From: a virus
Taxonomy: Duplodnaviria > Caudoviricetes
Strand: one strand, 5' to 3'
IMG/VR virus record: IMGVR_UViG_3300028805_000046
Span: 32,001-96,000 of that record
DNA length: 64,000 nt
Below the pieces are notes generated by a model that was not told the origin of the DNA, made no database searches, and saw only the letters and a program-made list of their open reading frames with translations. Positions 56,882 through 64,000 of this stretch are shown in pieces; position 1 is the first letter of the stretch; the number at the start of each line of letters is the position of its first letter. A program made the position numbers and the translations under genes.

Positions 56882-57355
56882 ATGGATATTAAGACTATCT
56901 ACTGCGACATGGACGGCGTTCTTACTGATTTCATTAAAGGCGCTCAGAAAGCAGACGCCATTGATGGAAAGGTGGTAGACTGGAAGAAAATCAATAAGCT
57001 TGGATCCGCATTCTGGGCTGAACTTGAATGGACAAAAGATGGACAGCAGTTTATCAACTGGCTAAGAAAGCTCTGTACTGAGAGTAAGATTGATCTTTGC
57101 ATCCTTTCATCTGTTGGTAGAGAAGAAGGCGTCAAAGGCAAGCAGATGTGGCTTGACGAAAAGACTCCATTCATTTCAAAGCAGAATCGTTACTTCGTAA
57201 AGAGGGGATCTGATAAAGGTAAGTACGCTTCTAGGTCTTCAATTCTTATTGATGACTTTGGTAAGAACATTGAGGCGTTTATCATGGCTGGCGGACAGGC
57301 CGTTAAGTATGAAAACTTTAATCAAGCAAGAGACGAGATTACAGGTTTGCTATAA
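56882..57355 (+). CDS. HAD-family 5'(3')-deoxyribonucleotidase
   Basis: IYCDMDGVLTDF, ILSS, GK..WL, LIDD. Confidence 0.85.
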   Translation: MDIKTIYCDMDGVLTDFIKGAQKADAIDGKVVDWKKINKLGSAFWAELEWTKDGQQFINWLRKLCTESKIDLCILSSVGREEGVKGKQMWLDEKTPFISKQNRYFVKRGSDKGKYASRSSILIDDFGKNIEAFIMAGGQAVKYENFNQARDEITGLL

Positions 57356-58197
57356 TGACAAATTTTGCTGAAGAGTTCGCAAAGACATTCGGAAACAGCT
57401 GTCCGCCAACAACTGACTGGAATGCGCCGCGCCCATTTGATGCTTTGAATAATGACTGTTATAAAGCAGAGGCAGCGTTGATTAGCGAACTTACTTCAGA
57501 AGCGTACAATCAGTTCGGCTTTGAGGTGCAGTACTTTATCAAGAAGATAAGTACCAAGAAAGACAAGCTCTATGGCGAAGACGCTCTTGAGAACTTCGAG
57601 AGACGCTTTAGATTGAAAGTCTATGCCGAAAACGTTCCGCAGCTGCAGAGACAGTACCAGCTGCAAGGCATGCTTTATACCGAAATCGTTACCTTGCAGG
57701 CTACGATAGAACATTTTAGAGAAGCATCTACCTACGACTACGTCACTCATGAACAGGCATGGCCGGAGTACTATCCGAAGATAGGTGATGTGATGTACTT
57801 TCCTTGGTGCGACTTATACTATGAGATCTTGAACGTAAAGGAATTTGCTGAAGGTACTTCGTTCTTATCGGCTCCTATTACGTTTACATTCCAGCTGAGA
57901 GTATGGAGAAACGCTCATGAAAGCGTAGACCATACAGAAGTCAATGACGATAAGATGGAGCATTTGAACAGCTACGTCAGCCTTGCCGAAACGTTCCACA
58001 TTGACCACAAGACAGATGATGGCAAGTATGAGCACATGGGACCGCCAAAATCGGATCATGCTGAGCTCAAGACCAGTAAGGTTGAAGCGAAAGGCGATGT
58101 GCTTGCAGTCAATGACTATCTTAAGACGCAGGAACACGTTTTGTTTAAGAAGAAAGGTAAAGATAAGTCACTCGATCCATTTGATGGGTGGAGATAA
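57355..58197 (+). CDS. gp14: Neck protein (T4 gp14 family)
   Basis: L.SEAYNQFG.EV.Y, LYGED, PKIGDVMYFPW..YEI..V. Confidence 0.8.
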   Translation: MTNFAEEFAKTFGNSCPPTTDWNAPRPFDALNNDCYKAEAALISELTSEAYNQFGFEVQYFIKKISTKKDKLYGEDALENFERRFRLKVYAENVPQLQRQYQLQGMLYTEIVTLQATIEHFREASTYDYVTHEQAWPEYYPKIGDVMYFPWCDLYYEILNVKEFAEGTSFLSAPITFTFQLRVWRNAHESVDHTEVNDDKMEHLNSYVSLAETFHIDHKTDDGKYEHMGPPKSDHAELKTSKVEAKGDVLAVNDYLKTQEHVLFKKKGKDKSLDPFDGWR

Positions 58198-58206
58198 GGA
58201 GAAAAT

Positions 58207-59280
58207 ATGGGAGCGGTAACAGACGCTATTTCAGCAATGAAAGTGCAGCAGTGGGGCAGAACCACTATGGCTGATGGTCAGTGGCTGCAAGAAAAGACTT
58301 TTAAGCAGTTAGACAATAGAGACATTAGATTAGCAAATGAAATTGACTCAATCAATGAACGTATTCCGACTAGCGGTAGTAGCTATGATGGATTGATTCC
58401 TTGGATTACAGATGGTAACCTTGAAAGAAATCCGCTTTTTGTCATTACTGATGGTACTGGAACTAGCCTTCAGAACGCCGCTAGCGGCGATAAGCAGTTC
58501 TACGTCGCACCTAGATTCTTCAACAATGACGACGGCAAGGTATTTGGTATAAAAGAAGGCAAAGCAAAATGGATTGACCCTATTGAGGTAAGTTACATTA
58601 AAGATTCTGAAACTACTAAAGTTGATTCTTTGAAACTGTATTGGAAAGGCTCAGATCAAGCACAGTTTAAAGCAGATGCTAACTGGTTAGGAAGCACTGT
58701 TCCAACTCCTATTTCTACTGATGAAGGAAAAGGCAAAGTTCCTGTTGCATACTACAGAGATGGACGCGGATATTTTAATCTTGAAAGACCTAAAGATTAT
58801 AGATTCGGCGATACAATACAGGATGGACCACTTCCTCAGAACGACGGCAAGGTATTGACTGTTACTTCAGGTGAAGGCGGCACTGCTTATGTAGATTGGA
58901 AGACAGCTCCTGGTACAGTTGAATTTCGTACTCTGCAGTCATATAGCAGTGACCAAAATAAAAAGTTAGTAAAAACGTCAACATTCGCAATGCCAAAAAT
59001 TAATGCTAAGTATTATGGAACTATTGGCTTTAGTGCTAGTATTCCAGGATCATACAGTATCGTGCCTTTAAGCGGTGACACTTTACTAAATGGCATAGTT
59101 TATGAATCACAATGCATAAACTTGCGAAATGTTCCTTCTGGACAGATATGTCATTATAATTTCTATTTTAATGCAGATGATCCTAATAAGCCATTTACTC
59201 ATATTGGAATAAAAGGCGATGCAGTGACTTCTGGTGCTAGTGTAGATATAGATTACTGTTCAGTCTTCTATCAGGAATAG
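58207..59280 (+). CDS. Putative virion fibre/decoration protein
   Basis: Lies between neck and sheath genes; DGKV repeats; beta-rich C-terminus. Confidence 0.45.
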   Translation: MGAVTDAISAMKVQQWGRTTMADGQWLQEKTFKQLDNRDIRLANEIDSINERIPTSGSSYDGLIPWITDGNLERNPLFVITDGTGTSLQNAASGDKQFYVAPRFFNNDDGKVFGIKEGKAKWIDPIEVSYIKDSETTKVDSLKLYWKGSDQAQFKADANWLGSTVPTPISTDEGKGKVPVAYYRDGRGYFNLERPKDYRFGDTIQDGPLPQNDGKVLTVTSGEGGTAYVDWKTAPGTVEFRTLQSYSSDQNKKLVKTSTFAMPKINAKYYGTIGFSASIPGSYSIVPLSGDTLLNGIVYESQCINLRNVPSGQICHYNFYFNADDPNKPFTHIGIKGDAVTSGASVDIDYCSVFYQE

Positions 59281-59300
59281 AAAACATATCTTTTAACCTT

Positions 59301-59326
59301 GACCCTGCGGAAGCAGGGTCTTTTTT
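59301..59326 (+). terminator. Intrinsic terminator
   Basis: GACCCTGC-GGAA-GCAGGGTC plus T6. Confidence 0.85.
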
Positions 59327-59349
59327 CATCTTTTGACCTCGGTCTCCTA

Positions 59350-59357
59350 TATAAATA
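59350..59357 (+). promoter_or_regulatory. T4-type late promoter
   Basis: TATAAATA upstream of the sheath gene. Confidence 0.8.
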
Positions 59358-59422
59358 CCATAGTAAAGTTCATATTTTGTGACGTGAGTGAAATTATTAG
59401 AAGTTTAATATAGAGGAAAAAT

Positions 59423-62400
59423 ATGGCAAGATATTCATATCCGTCTATCCGAATGACTGAGATTGACAATTCAGTAAGAAATGTCTCTACTCCTACAGTC
59501 GGTGTTGGCGCTATCGTTATGAAGGCCAACCGTGGTCCTGTTAACGAACGCATTACTACTCATAACTATTCAGAATTTAAGGAATATTTCGGTGCACCAG
59601 AAACCGATAGCGATTATGGTCACTTTGCAGCAGAGAACTTCTTTGCTAACTCTCGTAACCTTGTAGCAGTCCGTGCTACTATGGGTGACGAATCCTATGC
59701 ACAGATTCAGTTCCCTTACCAAGATGCAACTGCTGAAGACACTAACCGTTCTAAGGACACTGCATCATTCCAGTTCATCAATAACGAAGACACTAACAAG
59801 CTAGAATTGCTTGAAGATCTTAACCCGGTTGTTCAACTTGACCAGCTTAATGACTGGCAGCAACTCGATGCTCAGGATGGCAAGGTTTACGCTGCTTTTG
59901 CATCTGCTGGTTTGGTAACTGTCAAGGATCTTATTAGCGATACTGCTCCTGGTGTGCTTGTTTATAAGAAAGACCAGACAATCGTTGATGATGAAGGCGA
60001 GTACGTCGAGTTCGTAAAGAACGTTGGCAAGGATGGATCAGTTGTTTCTAAGGAAGACGATCTTATCTTTACTTACAATGCTTGGTATAATGGCGGCGGC
60101 GTTTCATCTGGTGATTTCTCTAAGGGGCAGACAATTTCCTATTACGCTACAAGCGGTGAAGAAACAATACAGGTAAACGGTATTCAAACTAAGTTCGTTG
60201 TTCCGGCTGCTGATACTTTGAACAAGAAGAATCTTGCAGTTTCAATGTACTTGACTGAATCTGCATACAACAGATTGACATCTGCTGCATCTGCTTCCTA
60301 TCAGGACATCTTTGATAAGGATAACTTCTTCAAGAAGGAAGATGCTGATGCTGCTGATTACATGACCCACTTCCCAGCAACAAAGATCAAGGCTAAGGAT
60401 TGGGACGACTGCGAAACCAAGACTCACTACATCGCTACTTCTGCAATGGAAACCACTTCTGGTGATGCAGTTGGTATCTCATTCCGTGAATACGGATTTG
60501 CAGATAAGACTGAAGCACTTGTTATGGGTGATGAAAAGGCAGAATATGCAGTAGAATACGATGCAGCCGACGATTTCTACAAAGTAGAAAAAAATAAGAC
60601 TCTCGCACAGACTATCGCTGAAAGCTATGGTCTCGAAGTTGATGATCTTCTTGCACATGATGATAACGGCAAGATCAAGTACGGTATTCTTTCATACGTT
60701 GATGTTCGTGAAGGCGTAGATCCGGATGATACTGAAGCATCTATTGACGATTACTATACCGGTAAGAGAACATACAAGATCGTATTTGCAGACTTTGACA
60801 AAAATGATCCTAACTACAAGAATGAAAAGCTCTTCTGGTTGTTCTCAGTAAAGAACAAGCATAAGGCTCAGACTGTATCCGTCTATACCATTGGCGGTAT
60901 CCCGCAACCGGCAGTTCTCCCATGGCAGGAAAGCGACCTTGCTCGTCTCGGCGCCCACGCAACCTCTGAAATCCTTAACGCTGTAAGCGGTAAGTATAAG
61001 GACGGTTACACTCGTGCTATCGAGTCTGACAATGAACCTGGCAACGGAGATATTGAGCAGTATAAGTCAAATCACGAAAACCAGCTTGTTATCGCTGCTA
61101 TCGGTCCTGGTAAGTTCGGTAACGACATTGGTGTTTCTATCATCACTGCTGAAGCAGATAAGATTCCTGCTTTGCACCATCCGAACGCTTTCAACTGGAA
61201 GTACAAGTATGATACAGATGATGCTCTTCTCAACGGTAATGAAGACGATCTTACTTGGAAGAAGGTATATCGTATCAACATTTACACCAAGTTGAAGACA
61301 CAGACTGCACAAGCAGCTTGGGGAACCGGTGTTGATGCACTTCTTAAGGATCCTGATGAATTCTGGTTGGTATCTAACGATCCGACTGCTAAGGACGGCA
61401 ATGGTAAGTCTTTGTACGCACCTAACGTCATCAACGGAAACTCAAAGTACATCTACGTTTCACGTAATTCAGTCAATAGCGCAGTAACTGGTTCTGGCAC
61501 ATTTGCTCAGCCTCAGCAAACCTTCGCTATTTACGGATTGACCGGTGGTGAAAACTCTAAGAAGAACACTGCTGCAGAAAAGACTGCTGCATTGAAGCTC
61601 CTTGAAGACCGTCAGAAGGCACCATATAACATTATCTTCAACGTTGAAGCAATTCCTACTTTCAACGGTAGAGAACGTTATGCCGCAATGCAGCAGAGAA
61701 TTGCTCAAATTGCCGGTAACAGAACTATGGACCTTGGTATCGTTCAGACAACTTCCCTTGAAGCACACGACATCAAGACTATGAAGTCTGAAGGTAAGAA
61801 CTTCGCATTCAACAATGGTTCTTACGTCTGGCCTACTGCTAACTATGATAAGTACTACAACTCTGACCTCGCACAGTACATCTACTTGCCGAAGTCTGTT
61901 GCTTGTGCTTGTGCAGTTGCTCGTAACCAGATTCTTGGAACTCCTTGGAAGGCTCCTGCTGGTACTAAGTACGGCGCTATCGCATACTCTGTCAACCAGC
62001 TTGTTAACCTTTCTGACGATGAAATTGGTCAGTTGCTTGACTACAACATCACCACTTCTCGCCTTTGCGGATTGCATGGTGAATGTATCTGGGGTCACAA
62101 GACTGCACTTCGTCAGGAATCAAAGAGAAACCGCGTCAACGTTCGTGAGTGCTTGAACTTCATTGAACTTGCACTCAAGAATTACCTTGACCCATTCTTG
62201 TTCGAGCAGAACATCCCAACTATCCGTGGCTCTATCAAGAACATCATTGATGCATTCTTGAGCCGAGTTGCAGCTGGTGGTGGTATTGACCCGGACTTCA
62301 TAACAAGCGTAGTGGCCGATCCAAATGACGATCATATCGTACTTGTAAATATCGCACTTATTCCGACTGACGTTATTGAGTTCATTGACGTTCGTATCAC

Positions 62401-62443
62401 AATCAACCGTGGTACGTTCACAATTGAGGATAACTTGGCCTAA
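59423..62443 (+). CDS. gp18: Contractile tail sheath protein (T4 gp18 family) with a large insertion
   Basis: YPSIRMTEIDNS, RGPVNE, FGAP, GPGKFGNDI, PWKAPAG, WGHKT, RVNVR, IEFI. Confidence 0.93.
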   Translation: MARYSYPSIRMTEIDNSVRNVSTPTVGVGAIVMKANRGPVNERITTHNYSEFKEYFGAPETDSDYGHFAAENFFANSRNLVAVRATMGDESYAQIQFPYQDATAEDTNRSKDTASFQFINNEDTNKLELLEDLNPVVQLDQLNDWQQLDAQDGKVYAAFASAGLVTVKDLISDTAPGVLVYKKDQTIVDDEGEYVEFVKNVGKDGSVVSKEDDLIFTYNAWYNGGGVSSGDFSKGQTISYYATSGEETIQVNGIQTKFVVPAADTLNKKNLAVSMYLTESAYNRLTSAASASYQDIFDKDNFFKKEDADAADYMTHFPATKIKAKDWDDCETKTHYIATSAMETTSGDAVGISFREYGFADKTEALVMGDEKAEYAVEYDAADDFYKVEKNKTLAQTIAESYGLEVDDLLAHDDNGKIKYGILSYVDVREGVDPDDTEASIDDYYTGKRTYKIVFADFDKNDPNYKNEKLFWLFSVKNKHKAQTVSVYTIGGIPQPAVLPWQESDLARLGAHATSEILNAVSGKYKDGYTRAIESDNEPGNGDIEQYKSNHENQLVIAAIGPGKFGNDIGVSIITAEADKIPALHHPNAFNWKYKYDTDDALLNGNEDDLTWKKVYRINIYTKLKTQTAQAAWGTGVDALLKDPDEFWLVSNDPTAKDGNGKSLYAPNVINGNSKYIYVSRNSVNSAVTGSGTFAQPQQTFAIYGLTGGENSKKNTAAEKTAALKLLEDRQKAPYNIIFNVEAIPTFNGRERYAAMQQRIAQIAGNRTMDLGIVQTTSLEAHDIKTMKSEGKNFAFNNGSYVWPTANYDKYYNSDLAQYIYLPKSVACACAVARNQILGTPWKAPAGTKYGAIAYSVNQLVNLSDDEIGQLLDYNITTSRLCGLHGECIWGHKTALRQESKRNRVNVRECLNFIELALKNYLDPFLFEQNIPTIRGSIKNIIDAFLSRVAAGGGIDPDFITSVVADPNDDHIVLVNIALIPTDVIEFIDVRITINRGTFTIEDNLA

Positions 62444-62466
62444 TCGGTTAAGAAAATAAAAATAAG

Positions 62467-62501
62467 GCGTGCCTCTCAAGGGCACGCTTTTTTGTTATAT
62501 T
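62467..62501 (+). terminator. Terminator plus extended -10 promoter
   Basis: GCGTGCC/GGCACGC stem, T run, TGTTATATT; AATAAATA also follows. Confidence 0.8.
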
Positions 62502-62550
62502 TTTTCCGAAATAAATAACATATAAGTTATTAAAGTATTGAGGTGATTTA

Positions 62551-63810
62551 ATGAGTGATAAGAAAATCCGTTGGGTATCGTTTCAGTCTTTGATAGGTGG
62601 CTGTCCGTTAGGAGCTGAGAAAGCATTTGGATCTGCGCCGCTATTTACGATTGACTACGAAGGCCCAGATAAAGGAAACTCTTCTGCGTATCTTTACTAT
62701 CAGAATGAAATTAAGCATAAGAACATCAGACAGCTAGTGCTTAATGGCAACCTGCTTTCAATGGCTACTGACTTCAAGTCTGAGGAAGACGAAAAGTTCT
62801 TCCAGGAAAATTGCCACGACATTGACGTAGTATCTGCTGTTCCTATCTGTTCTGGCCTTTCTGCTGCTAATACAGTAAATGACAAGACCAAGGGTACTCA
62901 GCGTGGAGCTGCTGCTCAACAGAACAACAATATGTACGGTGTCGCAAAAATGACCTTTGAACGCATCAAGCCGAAGGTATTCATTTTCGAGAACGCTCCT
63001 GCCCTTTTCACTAACACAGGTAAGGCGGTTCGTGATAAGCTCCGCGACATGGGCAAGGAACATGGCTACGTTGTTACTTGGGTAAAGACAAATACCAATA
63101 AGCATGCAAACGTTCAGTATCGTTCAAGAACCTTTGGTATCTTCTGGCGTGCTGATGTGACTCCGCAGCTTGAGTATGTAGACAAGCCACATGGCTCAAT
63201 TAAAGAGTATCTTGCTGACATCTCTAAGGACGCACCGTACAACACTGATGAATGGATCATCAACCCGAATATCCTGAATAACGGCTGGTACAAGTACCTC
63301 AAGGCCAAGTATCCAAATAACTGGAGGGAATATCTAGCCACAAGCAAAAGAGGATTCTGGGAGAACTTCTGGGATAAACTCGACTTTACTGAAATTAAGC
63401 CGTACTGCAATGAAAAGGAATGGAAGTTCTGCGAACACGTGAAAGACAAGCTCTCCCGCAGAATGGGATTCTATGACAACGTCACTCCGCTTTACATGGG
63501 CGACTATCGTGTCCCAACAATCTTCCACCGCACTCTTGCTCGACTTGTCCACTATGAAAAAGACAGAGGCTACACGCTTCGTGAGTTCATGAAGTTTATG
63601 GGCATGCCTGATGACTTCGAGTGGCCTTCAGCAAAGAAGAATTGGGTATGGATCTCGCAAAACGTACCTGTCATGACTTCTTACGACTGGCATCTTCAAA
63701 TTAAGAAGTACCTTGAAGGTGGTTTGAAGAACACTACTGAAAAGGAAACCTACTTCAACAATGAGAAAGGCCCTGAAGAGAAGTCAATGCTTGAGGAAAT
63801 GCTTTCGTAA
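62551..63810 (+). CDS. Divergent C5-cytosine DNA methyltransferase-fold enzyme (paralog B)
   Basis: Motif IV VPICSGLS, VI FENAP, VIII QYRSRTF, IX RGYTLRE..MGMP, X SQNVPV; motif I atypical (QSLIGG). Confidence 0.82.
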   Translation: MSDKKIRWVSFQSLIGGCPLGAEKAFGSAPLFTIDYEGPDKGNSSAYLYYQNEIKHKNIRQLVLNGNLLSMATDFKSEEDEKFFQENCHDIDVVSAVPICSGLSAANTVNDKTKGTQRGAAAQQNNNMYGVAKMTFERIKPKVFIFENAPALFTNTGKAVRDKLRDMGKEHGYVVTWVKTNTNKHANVQYRSRTFGIFWRADVTPQLEYVDKPHGSIKEYLADISKDAPYNTDEWIINPNILNNGWYKYLKAKYPNNWREYLATSKRGFWENFWDKLDFTEIKPYCNEKEWKFCEHVKDKLSRRMGFYDNVTPLYMGDYRVPTIFHRTLARLVHYEKDRGYTLREFMKFMGMPDDFEWPSAKKNWVWISQNVPVMTSYDWHLQIKKYLEGGLKNTTEKETYFNNEKGPEEKSMLEEMLS

Positions 63811-63831
63811 ACATAATGTACCTATTATAAC

Positions 63832-63859
63832 AAGCGCTCTCAATAGAGGGCGCTTTTTT
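63832..63859 (+). terminator. Intrinsic terminator
   Basis: AAGCGCTCT..AGGGCGCTT stem plus T run. Confidence 0.75.
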
Positions 63860-63881
63860 AGACTTTATTTTTTCAAAACAG

Positions 63882-63910
63882 TTGACGAAAAACGAAAACT
63901 TTGTTATATT
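63882..63910 (+). promoter_or_regulatory. Sigma70-type promoter
   Basis: TTGACG-17-TATATT with a TG extension. Confidence 0.75.
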
Positions 63911-63931
63911 TTATCAAAAAGGAGTAAAATC

Positions 63932-64000
63932 ATGCTTAAAGATGAAATTTTCAAACAGAAACTTGAAGACGCCGGCGATGACAAGGATAAGATCATTGAG
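63932..64000 (+). CDS. 3'-truncated hypothetical protein
   Basis: AAGGAG RBS, then MLKDEIFKQK... running to the window end. Confidence 0.6.
   Translation, partial: MLKDEIFKQKLEDAGDDKDKIIE

Noticed and set aside
59423-62443. Intein in the tail sheath
   Set aside because: No C/S...HN-C/S/T splice junctions or LAGLIDADG motifs were recognised in the insertion.
1-64000. Minus-strand ORFs in the track (e.g. 6626-7273, 61469-62098, 54877-55389)
   Set aside because: All are antisense shadows of well-supported + strand genes, with no recognisable motifs or RBS.
1-64000. Alternative genetic code (stop-codon reassignment)
   Set aside because: Conserved genes are full length under the standard code, and TAA, TAG and TGA all end genes at sensible positions.
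1-64000. tRNA genes, CRISPR arrays, rRNA
   Set aside because: No cloverleaf/T-loop signature in intergenic gaps and no regularly spaced repeats were seen by eye; tRNAscan and CRISPR tools were not run.

Overview
This 64 kb window (AT-rich, densely coding, every credible gene on the + strand, standard genetic code) is part of a large T4-like (Tevenvirinae-related) myophage genome. Replication genes: gp41 helicase, positional gp33/gp59, gp32, RNase H, gp45/gp44/gp62 and a two-subunit type IIA topoisomerase. Virion genes: gp2, gp4, gp14, gp15 and a 1006-aa gp18 sheath. A cytosine-replacement pathway is present (dNMP kinase, gp42-like dCMP-modifying enzyme, gp56-like dCTPase/dUTPase, dCMP deaminase, GT2 glycosyltransferase). 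Host-like genes include IF-1, ClpP, two GroES and SpoVG, and there are two ADP-ribosyl hydrolases (PARG-type macrodomain and NADAR). The best candidates for something new are: (1) two paralogous C5-cytosine-MTase-fold enzymes with intact catalytic motifs but rewired cofactor motifs, in a phage that appears to pre-modify C5 of cytosine; (2) a late operon of putative head-packaged, protease-processed proteins combining Pol-beta NTase, HIGH-NTase, ligase-type adenylation and nuclease-like domains; (3) a promoter-driven, ORF-free structured ~300-nt RNA; and (4) several leaderless genes plus terminator/promoter hybrid elements. All assignments come from motif recognition by eye; no database searches were run.
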